A stretch of 37,415 nucleotides of DNA from Octopus sinensis. Taxonomy: Eukaryota. A program made the translations under genes and the position numbers. The first letter of the stretch is position 1. Each line of letters begins with the position of its first letter. Below are positions 1 to 11,514 of the stretch, in pieces. The stretch spans positions 1 to 37,415 of the forward strand of contig NW_021835905.1 in assembly GCF_006345805.1 (NCBI RefSeq), in the 5' to 3' direction. The notes beneath the pieces were generated by a model. The model was not told where the DNA came from, ran no database searches, and worked only from the letters and a program-made list of their open reading frames with translations.

Positions 1-423
1 GATCCAGGAGAGAATTCCTCGCCAATTCGTCGTTGATATTGTCATCGGTGTTGTAATTATTGTTGTTGTTTTTTTATTGTTATTCCGACAACAGTTATTG
101 TTGTTGTGCTTCTTATTGATTAGCCGTGAAGTAATCTGTTGATCGAACTGACATATTACGATAGAGTATTCCAGCTGTGACCATTGGTCTTTTCGAAGGC
201 TACAGTATACAATGCATTCATTTTAAGGAGAGTGTTAACCTAATTTCTGGCGGGGTCAACGAAAACAAACAGATTCCCTCCACTTAGACAATGATTGTGC
301 TTTATTATATATGTACTTTGAAGCATAAACATAATATTTATTTGGGCATTAACTGTTGTACATACACAGACACAGACACGCGCATGCACACCTATATGCA
401 CATATCTTACATTTGTGTGTGTG

Positions 424-454
<31 letters not shown>

Positions 455-862
455 AGAGAGAGAGAGACACACACACACACACACAAACATCTATATATGT
501 GTGTGTTAATATGTATATATATTTATATAATATATATATATATATATATATCATGATGTTATGTATGTATGTATGTACCTGTGTTTGTCCGCCAACCATC
601 GCTTGACAGCCGATGTTGGTGCGTTTACGTCCCCGCAATTTAGTGGTTTCACAAAAGAGACCGAAGTGTGTACGTACGCCGCTATATGTGTATATAATAT
701 AATAAATGAAACAAAAACGCAATAGAGGATAATCTGTCTATCTATCTATCTATGCATATCTATCTATCTATCTATCTATCTATCTCTCTCTCTCTCTCTC
801 TCTTCTCTCTATATATATATATAATATATATATAATTATATATATAATATATATATATTATT

Positions 863-924
<62 letters not shown>

Positions 925-1072
925 TATATATATATATATATATATATCTATATATATACATACATACATACATACATAGTATATATATATATATATATAA
1001 TATATATTTATATAATAGATACATACATACATACATATATATATATATATTATATATATATATTATATATAC

Positions 1073-1116
<44 letters not shown>

Positions 1117-1130
1117 ATATATATATATAT
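424..1130. repeat. Compound microsatellite block: (TA)n, (GA)n, (CA)n, (TATC)n, (TC)n and a long imperfect (TA)n
   Basis: Directly visible tandem di- and tetranucleotide runs. They explain the poly-YI ORFs 240-722 and 887-1138. Confidence 0.95.
581..664 (+). mobile_element. SINE family A, body/tail fragment
   Basis: ccatcgcttgacagccgatgttggtgcgtttacgtccccgcaatttagtggtttcacaaaagagaccga matches 34190-34260 of the full copy. Confidence 0.8.
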
Positions 1131-1740
1131 ATGGGCAAGTATTACCCGTAAAGGAATCCTAACGAGGAAACCGTATACATCCACAAGAGCTCAAATAACC
1201 CCCCGATGTAATTACAAACCTGATTTCAGGCATTGGAAAACACCTGTCTAATCTATCGGCCAATAGAGAGTTGCCCCCACTACAACGATGCTTCGGCTAG
1301 AAGCCGGTTTACTGATCTCACGTATGTGAACAAACGCCAGATGCCCTCTCTCCACCCCAAAAGGATTAGGAAAAGGAAGATTATATGGTAAAACCCCCAC
1401 TTTCAACCTAGAATTTTCCACCAGGAGCTTTCTATCATTAATTATCAAACACTACCCCAGAGGCCACAGGTATTACAAACTTTTCAGTTCCCATAATGTC
1501 AATATCGCATCTAAAATTTTCCGCATCAACAGACGTAAAAATGCACCCGCACTACCCCCAACTCCAACCTGTAACTGCTGAAACCCCACCATGTGCCCTC
1601 TAGAAGGATCCTACCTCTCAATTGCCGTAGTATACAGAGCCACCCTTACCCGATCCGATGGTATTACTAGGCACTATACAGGTATGACAGCTAACGACTT
1701 CACGGGAAGATACTCCCAGCTTATCCACTCGTTTTCTCTA
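1131..1740 (+). mobile_element. Penelope-like element remnant: RT C-terminus, linker and GIY-YIG endonuclease (stops and frameshifts)
   Basis: Manual translation across frameshifts gives GKYYP*RNPNEETVYIHKSSNNP, DVITNLISGIGKHLSNLSANRE, KRIRKRKIIW*NP, FLSLIIKHYPRGHRYYKLF and CNC*NPTMCPLEGSYLSIAVVYRATLTRSDGITRHYTGMTANDFTGRYSQLIHSF. These match Penelope-type motifs (YIHxxSNHP, IIWxNPP, CNC..CPL.G, VY..YxG..RY). Confidence 0.85.
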
Positions 1741-1744
1741 GAGA

Positions 1745-2215
1745 GTCTGTGACTTCCAAGATTCTCCTTGTTGATTCTTTCTTGTGTAGAGATTCTGTCT
1801 TTTCATTGGTAGAAAGGGAATATGTGAAATTTGGGATTTTTATCTCTAGCGCAAGAGTCTATGTGGCTACTTAGTGGAATTTGACGGTATTGTGGGAGAT
1901 TTATCTCTTCTTTATGGACCGCTACTTTTCTACGAAAAGGAAGGCTCGTTTGTTCAACATAATTCTGTTGGCAACCGTCGCATGTGAGAACGTAGATGAG
2001 GTTCTCGGAGGAACATGAGAAGTTGGTCTTGAGTTTAAACTTTGTTCTTTGTTTGAAAGTAAATATGTTTTAACTGATGGGGTGGATGTAGTGTGTGAAG
2101 TTTGGCATTTGTTAAGAGTTTTTTCAAAGATTTATGTTGCCTTTTGCATTTAAGGATTTTATGCGTATTGATAATATTATTCACTTTGGGGTCTGTGGAC
2201 AGTAAGGGGAGGTTT
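1745..2215 (-). mobile_element. Second, different Penelope-like element remnant: GIY-YIG endonuclease domain
   Basis: Minus-strand translation gives KCKRQHKSLKKLLTNAKL ... KTNFSCSSENLIYVLTCDGCQQNYVEQTSLPFRRKVAVHKEEINLPQYRQIPLSSHIDSCARDKNPKFHIFPFYQ. The NLIY..CxxC..YVxQT..R..H pattern is typical of Penelope GIY-YIG domains. Confidence 0.85.
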
Positions 2216-2260
2216 GATATATATATTTAGATAGATACATACATATATACATAGATATAT

Positions 2261-2491
2261 TCTTTTATTTGTTTCAGTCATCTGATTGCGGCCATGCTGG
2301 AGCACCGCCTTGAGTCGAAGAAATCGGAACGAGGACTTATTCTGTCTAATCCTAGTACCTATTTTATCGGACTCTTTTGACGAAGCGCCAACTTACGGGG
2401 GCGTAAACAAACTAACATCGGTTGTCAAGCGATTGTGGAGGAAGGAACTGAGACACACACACACACACAAATATATATGCATATCTATCTG

Positions 2492-2554
<63 letters not shown>

Positions 2555-2571
2555 CTCTCTCTCTCTCTCTC

Positions 2572-2634
<63 letters not shown>

Positions 2635-2790
2635 CTTCTTTTAGTTACGGTCTACCAAATACACTCACAAGGGTTTGATCGGCTCGAGGCTGTAGTCGTA
2701 GACACTTGCCCAAGGTGACACGCCGTGAGAATAAACCAGGAACCATGTGTTTAGGAGGCAAGTTCTTACCACACAACCACGCTTGCGCCT
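2261..2790 (-). mobile_element. SINE family A, near full length (tRNA-like head, body, internal microsatellite, tail)
   Basis: Reverse complement is collinear with the copy at 33961-34370. Internal (CA)/(TATC)/(TC)/(TA)/(GA) tract at about 2452-2632. Confidence 0.9.
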
Positions 2791-3181
2791 ATTCATACAT
2801 CTCTCTCTCTCTCTCTCTCGCTATATATATATATAGCAATTAAGGACAACTACTTAATAAGGAAAACTTAACAAGAAATTGTCAGGTAGACAGCGTGAAA
2901 ACCTCATAAGAGAATAAATTTCGAAAATAATTATTTCCTAATTCGTGGCTATATTTTCAAATTGATAACAGTAAAGTCAATTCAGTTACAATAGTAACAC
3001 TTCAGGTCGAAAATAAAAACAATAAAATAATTAAATAAATAAATAACCGTATATAAGCTTGTGAGAAAATATAAATATATAAGAAATACGCAATTTTACA
3101 ATAAAAATCGAACGAAAAATACAATATCTTAACAAATATATTCTGTTGACTAAATCTTTAAAGTTAATACAGAGGACTTAT

Positions 3182-3247
<66 letters not shown>

Positions 3248-3476
3248 TGTGTGTATGTATATGTATTCATTTTTCCATGTTTACATGTAAGACTTGTGCC
3301 ACTTACACAGGTATGCAATAATTCTACAGAATTTGGAATATTCCGAACAAAATATTCCATTGGTGTTCTGTTTTTTTATCGAATGTTTAGCTAAGGGATA
3401 TTTATGCCTCATATCTTGAATATTCAAATTTTGAGGTCTTTGTTCTTTGACGATTCATCCACATTTTTTTGGACAA

Positions 3477-3506
3477 TATCATCATCATCATCATCATCAT
3501 TATTAC

Positions 3507-3550
<44 letters not shown>

Positions 3551-3591
3551 TATTATTATTATTATTATTAATATTATTATTATTATTATTT
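3477..3591. repeat. (ATC)n/(ATT)n microsatellite at the 3' end of a Dong-like LINE
   Basis: Direct observation. Confidence 0.95.
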
Positions 3592-4130
3592 ACTTTTAAT
3601 TTGCATATTTGTTACACTCACCTGCCGCGGCGAAACACCCAGCATCCTGGGGCGAGTGAAGGATAAGAGGTGTTACAGAATGACTGAAAGCTTGAGCAGA
3701 GAGAGTGGCAAGGACAGGAGTGAAATGTCTTCATGTAGTACAACACAGGCATTTAAATGGATAGCTTTTCTAAGGATGTGGGTAGTACTTGTCAGCATAA
3801 TCTTTTGGATTTCTCTGAGACATGGTTCTCCTGGGATATTATCTAGATGTTCCTGACATCCCTTTCTTATCATGCCTAGGGCGCACAATCACAGAAAAGT
3901 TTTCACTTTAAGAAACTAAATCGTTTGTCTTTCAATTTCCAGGTCCTTATATTTACTCAATTTGTCAAGTACCTTTACAGATATATTTTTATCAGTAGGA
4001 ACGTTTACATGCATTAGTCTACAAGTATTGTCTTCCCTGTCTTTAATGATTATGTCTGGTCGATTAGCCTGGATCATTCTGTCAGTTTTGACAGGAAAAT
4101 CCCAGAGGATAGTCACATTTTTATCTTCAA
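3592..4130 (-). mobile_element. 5'-truncated R4/Dong-like non-LTR retrotransposon (restriction-like endonuclease plus 3' UTR)
   Basis: ILWDFPVKTDRMIQANRPDIIIKDREDNTCRLMHVNVPTDKNISVKVLDKLSKYKDLEIE (ORF 3916-4251) and GALGMIRKGCQEHLDNIPGEPCLREIQKIMLTSTTHILRKAI (ORF 3673-3888). Flanked on both sides by (ATT)n. Confidence 0.9.
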
Positions 4131-4145
4131 TCATTATTATTAATA

Positions 4146-4186
<41 letters not shown>

Positions 4187-4320
4187 GCTATCATTATTAT
4201 TATTATCATCATCATCATCATCAACATCATCATCAACATCATCAACATCATCAGTAGCAGTAGTTGTTCTTGTTCGTTGTAGTGTTGTTGTTGTTGTTGT
4301 TGTTATTGGTAACGGTGGTA
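4131..4320. repeat. (ATT)n/(ATC)n/(GTT)n microsatellite
   Basis: Direct observation. Confidence 0.95.
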
Positions 4321-4549
4321 CTGGTAGTTAATCTGTGCCTCACCATTCGAGAAGATCTATGATTAAAGACATTCCGGTCACGGCATTTCCGTCTTATATT
4401 TTCAGATATTCTGTAATTCTAAGACTTACGCCATGACAAATATATATCCGTTCTTTCTTTCTGTTAAAACATTGAGGAATGATTTGAAGGAAAGTTTGCA
4501 GTTCTTTTTAATATGTTGATAGAGACGGTCGAAAACTCGCACCACATTT

Positions 4550-4745
4550 ACTAATTGTAGTAATGGCAATAATAAGTAGAATTAGTAGTAGTTGCAGTAC
4601 CAACAACAACAACAGTAGTAGTAGCAGCAGCAGCAGCAACAGTAGCAGCAGTAGTAGTAGGAGTAGTAGTCTTGTTGACGATATATTGTTGTTGTAGTAG
4701 TTGATGATGATGATGATGATGATGATGATAATGATGAATATGATG
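4550..4745. repeat. Mixed (GTA)/(GCA)/(GAT) trinucleotide tract
   Basis: Direct observation. Confidence 0.9.
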
Positions 4746-5169
4746 GCGGTGGTGTTTTTTGGGTGGGGAGTCTTGTATCTTGGGTCTCAGTAAACAGACT
4801 GTCAAGACGATCACCAAGAAAGTTGTCACATCAAAGACCTACCAGACGATACTCTATATTTATGACCAAACAACAAAGAGTTAACTGTTTATATAAAAAC
4901 TTACTGAAAATACAGCCATTTTATTGCTTCTTATATCTACGTTTCTTCTACAATCTGCCGCTTGTCTACATGTAAGTCACACACATACTCACGCGTACAC
5001 ACATGCGTACACACACATATGTGTATATAAAGATCGATAGACAGATAGCTAGCAACATAGCTACATATATGTATTCTCTATCTGGTTATCTATCTCTGAG
5101 AGTGAGTGAGAAACAGACACATCCATAAACAGCTTGTAGAGAAGAATAAAGACAATAAAATTCTGTTCG

Positions 5170-5276
5170 CTATATATGTATATATATGTATATGTATTTA
5201 TATATGTATATGTATTTATGTATGTATATATATATATGTATTCATGTATATATATATAAATGTGTGTGTATGTGTA

Positions 5277-5367
<91 letters not shown>

Positions 5368-5420
5368 ATATCTATCTCTCTATATATACATCCGGACATA
5401 CATACATATATACACATATA
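5170..5420. repeat. (TA)-rich and (TATC)n microsatellite
   Basis: Direct observation. Confidence 0.95.
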
Positions 5421-5714
5421 TATTTCCAGCCAGCGGTTCAACCATGATGCTCCTCACAAAACTGTACCAAGATCTCTGTTACTGATAATTTTGGTAGATC
5501 ATCCTTTAATGTTATGTGTCTTCCTGTAATATCCAACTAAATGAGTGATCTTTCTACCTACATTTTGTACACATTCCCCTCTCACACACGTATATGTATA
5601 TACATAGATACATACATACGCACACACACACACACACTTTCTAAGCGTCCAATAAGACTATACTTGTTCCACGTCCTCGCGTTGTTGTGTTTTTCCTCTT
5701 TGTTCATGTTTGCA

Positions 5715-6052
5715 GTAACTATATATAAATATATGGATGGATTCACCTTCTCTGTGAAGCTAACAAGCTTTTTTAAAGCCTGTTATAAGACTGCATCATC
5801 ATTAGAGAACTTTGGAAGTATGCTTACATTCTAAATTTGCTTTTTATAGAACTATCTCCGATACTTCATGAGTGTAGCCTCACCCACTAGGATGCTTGGA
5901 GAACTCATATGTGTTTTGGCTGATGAGTACGGGACACTAGTATTTGCTGCAATATTTGCAGCTTTTAATAAAGCTTGTCTTCGTATGAAACAATTGTACT
6001 GAAAAACTAATCCATTCTTGTTGCTTTTTTCTCGTTTATGATCACCCCACAT
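5715..6052 (-). pseudogene. Decayed coding-like segment of unknown origin (possible old transposon or viral remnant)
   Basis: A single frame reads MWGDHKREKSNKNGLVFQYNCFIRRQALLKAANIAANTSVPYSSAKTHMSSPSILVGEATLMKYRR*FYKKQI*NVSILPKFSNDDAVL*QALKKLVSFTEKVNP. Composition is protein-like with 3 stops. No family recognised. Confidence 0.3.
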
Positions 6053-6351
6053 TATTGTATGGTTAATACCATATAGTTTTCTGGTGCATCTAAGTTAAGT
6101 ACCGCATTCAAGTGAATTCAATAGAACTCACTTGAATCTTAATTGCTTTTACTATATATATATATACATATTTATTTCACATGAGATCCAGAAAATTCTC
6201 CGTATAAAGACAGTAGAGCTCAAAAGATTCAAACTTAGACTCCAATTTAGTGGATCGATTCCACAAGGTAAAAACAAGGCTAAAAGAGTGCACAAGTTGA
6301 GCGGGTAAAGAAGAAATTATGCGCGGATAAACAAATTGCATACATCAAATA

Positions 6352-6745
6352 TCTTTATATATAAAAGTACGGTTGTGTGCTGTCTGTCTCCACCGATTTA
6401 GATTCCTAACTACTCCCACATTTTGCGGTGTAGTTTAACCAAAACCGGGTATCTTATAGTCGTGATTCATATCGAGCCCTTCTGGGCATTAGCGCGCGTC
6501 TACGATGAGTCTACGATTTAAAAAATAATTTACCATCAATTTTTCCCATTTTAATGCATTTTTGGCATATATAAGGGAAGTAACTCTCTAAAAATTTATT
6601 ATTAAATCTCAGAATTTAAAAAGCTACAGTAACACACCCCTTTGTGGTTAGCCATATTGAGATGGCTATAATACTTTACATCTAAAAAAATGCTTATATA
6701 GTTATTTCCCTTACAAACCCGAGCAACGCCGGGCGATACTGCTAG
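6352..6745 (+). mobile_element. Non-autonomous Helitron (about 394 bp)
   Basis: Starts TC (A|TCTTTATATATAAAAG), ends CTAG|T, has a subterminal GC-rich hairpin cccgagcaacgccggg about 10 nt before the end, and sits between A and T with no TSD. These are the canonical Helitron termini. Confidence 0.85.
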
Positions 6746-6910
6746 TATTAAGTATATTAGTTCAGGTATGAAAAACAAAATATGTACTACATGGAAAATA
6801 GTGAGCAAGAGAAATAATATTCTTAGGATTATAAACCTGGAAAATTACAGGGCAAGTTATTACTCCTGGAAAAGTTCAGGATAACTCATTACATCTGGTA
6901 AAGTACAGAA

Positions 6911-7499
6911 CAAGAAAATTTTAACTTAAAATATTGCAGCTAAGGATAAAATTTCAAATAAAATAGAGTTAGAAAATATTGGCCTTACTAAAACTAAAAA
7001 TTTTATTACAAATTATTACTTCTATTTGTTACTACTTGCTACTTCTATTAAAAATTAAAAAAACAACTCAAAAAATTTTGCACTTTAAAATATTCATTTT
7101 TAAAATTATTAATTAATAATTAGAAGGTTGTAAAATAATAATAGTGTACAATAAATAGAATAATACAAAAATTAGTTATATATTACAGTCAAATCTACCT
7201 ATTACAATAAATTCACAGAAAAATTTTCTTGAGTTATTGTCAAGTCTTCACATTTTTAGACTTGATCCAATGCCTATTGAATTTACCGACCATATATACG
7301 ATTCTACTTTGCATTGCATAAAACGTTAGCTATACAGGTACTTCTGGCCCTCATTTTGAAAGTATTCTAGGGTATCAATATTTTAACAAAATGATGGTAC
7401 CTTTTATAATTATAAAGTTACTTTGTAAATTAAAATTGAATAATTTTTAATATTCAAATTTTACCCTTAGCTGCAATATTTTAAGTAAAACTTTTCTTA
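6911..7499. repeat. About 48-bp inverted repeat pair (6911-6960 / 7451-7499) enclosing an AT-rich spacer; possible MITE
   Basis: The core acttaaaatattgcagctaagg is perfectly inverted over 22 bp, with about 4 mismatches plus a small indel across the full arm. Confidence 0.7.
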
Positions 7500-7695
7500 C
7501 ATTATTTACATTATTTGCAATTGACGGATATTTTCCCTCATCTTATTATTATCATTATTATTATTATTATTATTATCATTATTATTATTATTCAGGTCAC
7601 TGGAATCGAACTCGGAATCTTGGAGTTAGTAGGCCGCGCTCTTAACGCCAGGATTCCGAGTTCGATTCCAGGCAGTGACCTGAATAATAATATTA
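7499..7695 (-). mobile_element. SINE family F, internally deleted copy with a fold-back duplicated tRNA-like head
   Basis: 7499-7544 matches 17704-17749 (43/46). It is followed by (ATT)n and then a minus-strand tRNA-like head (gttaagagcgcggcctactaactccaagattccgagttcgattcc) with a B-box. 7648-7695 is an inverted copy of about 7584-7623. Confidence 0.75.
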
Positions 7696-7752
7696 TCACT
7701 CTCAAATTCCAGAAACAAAGACTCATAACTCTGTATTCTTTTAAAACTTCAT

Positions 7753-8003
7753 TGCATGAGATTGATACCATGAAATTCCTCGAACTGACTTCTATCGTTT
7801 AAGTTTAATTAAAATATAGTTTGTTTTTAAAATGAAAAAGTTAATTATACTTAAATCCAATTTTTTACCTTATATTTTTTTCATAATATTTTACCTTAAC
7901 ATTTTTGATATGAATTTTTGCTGCATGAGAACAAAACTATGAAATTCCCCATGCTTTCTTCTATCATTGAAGCAAAGACAAATATAATTTGCTTTTAAAA
8001 TAA
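7753..8003 (+). repeat. Diverged direct repeat, about 80-bp units about 170 bp apart
   Basis: tgcatgaga..atgaaattcc..cttctatc..aaatata.tttg.ttttaaaat occurs at about 7753-7835 and about 7922-8003. Confidence 0.6.
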
Positions 8004-9049
8004 ATACAACAGCTATTTAGATCTAAACTTGATTGGTGGCATTACTTACTCTCTCTCCTATAATGTTGCTACAAATTTTGATGTAAACTTTTTCTACTGG
8101 ACCAAATCTCAATATTTTTTGTGCTAAAATGTAGCTAGGGACCAGTCCTCTTCAAAAATGTTGACAGTTTTCAAATTGATTAAGAACTGAATTAACTACA
8201 AGCTCTGAAAGATGCTGCGTATGAATAAATTCCGGCCTTAAGAATATTATTCAACTACTAACGCTGTTGAATGATATATATATACATGCAAAATGAGAGA
8301 AAGCAAAAAGCTGAGACTTTCAGATGATGAATTGTTAAGTGTAAATATAAAGATATTTATATTAATGGGTCCAACTTGAACGGAGTACAAATGACAAACA
8401 AAATTAAAGGGGTGGAAGAAAGGTGTTACAAGTAAAACAGTTGTTTCTGGGGGCTTAGCGATCCCCATTATGCCGGGTACCTTCTAACGATACGAATTAA
8501 AAGTCAGTTTTTTTGGGTTGCATCTCGGTTATATCGATATAATTTAGGATAAATAATATAACAATAATTCTAGGATGGAATTTGGAAATATATAATACAT
8601 AGCTACGTACGTTTCCACAAATAACATGATTTTGACATCAGAGTCCGCACCTTGGGATACCGATGGAGGTGTGTATGGTGGGGTTGGATTTATTTACTAC
8701 TTCTTCTTCAGATTTTAAAGATGGTCATTCATTCAGCAGATTTAGGAATAGTAGTACATCTTTTTGTTCTATTTCATTCAAGACCTGACGCTCCTCAATA
8801 AATTCTGAACCTGTTAGGTGGCCAGCTGCTACACGGTGGGGTTTGTGACCAAATTCATTAATACAACCCCCTCTTATGGTGACTTAGCCAGTGTTTCTGC
8901 TGTTGTAGTGTGTATCAAGCTTAAACATTGATATTTTCATTTATTTGTTTGCGTTTTTCTCCATTCTATAATTAGTTACCGCTTTTCAAAATATTTTTTC
9001 TCACATTCAATGAACGATATTTTGTTTCTATGCTTACATGATATGAGTC

Positions 9050-9266
9050 GAGGCGTAATGGCCCAGTGTTTAGAGCAGCAGACTCGCAGTCGTAGGATTG
9101 AGGTTTCGATTCCCAGACCTGGTGTTGTGAGTATTTGTTGAGCGATAACACCTAAAGCTCCACGACGTTCCGGCAGGGAATGGTGGCGAACCCTGCTGTA
9201 CTCTTTCACTACAACTATCTCTCACTCTCTCTTCCTGTTTCTGTTGTACCTTTATTTCAAAGGGCC
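9050..9266 (+). mobile_element. SINE family B (tRNA-like head plus body), 3'-truncated
   Basis: gaggcgtaatggcccagtgtttagagcagcagactcgcagtcgtaggattgaggtttcgattcccagacc (A and B boxes) matches 22431, 32899, 34628 and 35932. Confidence 0.9.
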
Positions 9267-9310
9267 ACACATATACGCACACAAGTTTATATACATATAC
9301 ACACATGACA

Positions 9311-9434
9311 GGGTTCTTTCAGTTCTCGCCAGCCAAATCCACTCACAAGTCTTTGATTGACTGGGGGCAGTTAGACTGAACCAGGAACCATGTGGTTGGG
9401 AAGCAAAGTTTTTTACCACTCAATCGCGCCTGCG
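9311..9434 (-). mobile_element. SINE family A head fragment
   Basis: aaccaggaaccatgtggttgggaagcaaagttttttaccac is the reverse complement of the family A head. Confidence 0.75.
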
Positions 9435-9800
9435 TAGTCGCAGAGCCCCCTATGAAAAAAAACACTGTTCACTCTAGTATGCCGTGTCGCACCATTTCTT
9501 ATATACTGCACTGTATATGTTAGAATAACAGTAGCAAAATCATATACAAATCACACACTACCAATGACATCATTGGTTGATTCCCTTATCGGAAGCGTTA
9601 ATCACTATTCTAGATAGGCAAGTAGTGCTGATTATATGTGTATTCCATCAGAGCTGAGTTGCAGTTGATGCATAGCAACAACAACAACAACCAAAATAGA
9701 AATAATAGACTCGATTATGAAACTGAAACTAGGACTGTGCAATTTGCAAAATCGGAAGAGCGTCAGACAAAATGTCTTGCGGTATTTAAGGCGCATGGTG

Positions 9801-10085
9801 AAGGTGCATGGGACAGTGGTTAGTGCGTCGACCTTACGATCATGAGGTTGTGAGTTCGAATCCCGGACTGAGCTGCGTGTTGTGTTCTTGAGCAAGACAC
9901 TTTAATTCACGTTGCTCCAGTTAACTCAGCTGTAGAAATGAGTTGCGACGTCACAGGTGCCAAGTTGTATCGGCCGTTGCTTTTCCCTTGGATAATACTG
10001 GTGGCGTGGAGAGAGAAGGCTGGTATGCATGGGCGACTGCTGGTCTTCCATAAACAACCTTGCCCGGACTTGTGCCTGTCCAAAG
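9801..10085 (+). mobile_element. SINE family D, inserted into an old family C copy
   Basis: tRNA-like head with B-box gagttcgaatccc, then gtgttcttgagcaagacactttaattcacgttgctccagttaactcagctgtagaaatgagt. Degenerate C head upstream (about 9745-9790) and C body downstream (10093-10235). Confidence 0.75.
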
Positions 10086-10384
10086 GGTGTCTCAGCATTT
10101 AAATTACACTTCTTTAAGTTCTGAATTCAAATCCCGCTGAGATCAACTTTGGTTTTCATACATAGAGTGGATAACATAAAGTAGCAGTTAAATAAAACCT
10201 CATCCCCTCAATAATTGCTGTACTTGCGTAAAATTTAGAAACTATTATATAATTTAATCGGAGTGGATTGGCTGGATCGATAGAGCACTAAACTTGTGGT
10301 ATTTGTCTGTATACGAGTATATTGGAAAGTCAAGCATCATCAAAGTTTCATTTTACCTTTCATTATTCCTACGGTTTATAAATT

Positions 10385-10745
10385 GAAGTGCCGGTCAAGT
10401 ACTAAAATTTGTCGCGTAACACCTGTTTCTGTGTTTCGAAGTTCTGAGTTCAAACTCCATCGAATTCTACTTTGCTTTTCATAATTCCAGGATCAATAAA
10501 ATGAAGTGCCGGTCAAGTACTAAAATTTGTTGCGTAACACCTGTTTCTGTGTTTCGAAGTTCTGAGTTCAAACTCCATCGAATTCTACTTTGCTTTTCAT
10601 AATTCCAGGATCAATAAAATGAAGTGCCGGTCAAGTACTAAAATTTGTTGCGTAACACCTGTTTCTGTGTTTCGATGTTCTGAGTTCAAACTCCATCGAA
10701 TTCTACTTTGCGTTTCATAATTCCAGGATCAATAAAATGAAGTAC
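10385..10745 (+). repeat. Tandem repeat, 3 x 118 bp, near-identical units derived from family C SINE sequence
   Basis: gaagtgccggtcaagtactaaaattt starts at 10385, 10503 and 10621. Only 3 differing positions were seen among the units. Each contains gttctgagttcaaa. Confidence 0.95.
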
Positions 10746-11344
10746 TGAGTCCATAAAATCCACCGTACCCACCATCCTACAAATCTGTAAATTTATATCT
10801 ATGTTAGAAACCAATTTCCAGTATTTAACATTCTGAGTTCAAATCATAACGAGGTCTACATCCACTTTCATCCTCGACCAGTCAATACAATAAAGTACCA
10901 GTCAAATATGTACTTATATTGGTTTAATTGACTACGTCTCTAACGCCCAAACGTGAGTCCTTGTTCCGCTGTAAGAAATAATTATACAGCTTAAAATATA
11001 TGTTTTCGAATGAATGTAGTTGCTAGTGATATCAAAACCACACAAACATTGATGGTGATATCGCAACTATGTGCTGTGACCTTTTGGTGTATTGGTACGA
11101 GAGAAAAAATTTTCAGCGTTTCTTATCCATAAAATAAGTTTATCCATAAAATATGACCATGTAATATTGCTAAGATCGATTTATTCGATGATATCAACTA
11201 AGCCTATAAAAAAAATGTTGTCCTTGTATCTTATAACAAAAAAAATCATGTTTATATTCTGTTTGTCATAGAAAATTATATACAACTGACTGAAACGGTT
11301 CATATATGCATACGCAGACAGATACACATCTAGACAGCAGGAGA

Positions 11345-11480
11345 CCCAGACATAATATATGTATGTATGTGTATGTTTGTGAATACATGTATATGTATGT
11401 ATGAATACACATACGCACATATACAGAGATATATATGTATGTATATAAATACATACATATACATATACATATATATATAT

Positions 11481-11514
<34 letters not shown>

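Noticed and set aside
4551-4975. Coding exon (ORF with hydrophobic stretch and poly-His, or the opposite-strand ORF)
   Set aside because: Mostly a trinucleotide repeat. The unique part is short, with no recognisable domain or convincing splice-site pair.
6750-7500. Mitochondrial insertion (NUMT)
   Set aside because: Very AT-rich, but no mitochondrial protein, rRNA or tRNA motifs were recognised.
10385-10745. CRISPR-like array
   Set aside because: Whole 118-bp units repeat with no unique spacers, the context is eukaryotic, and there are no cas genes.
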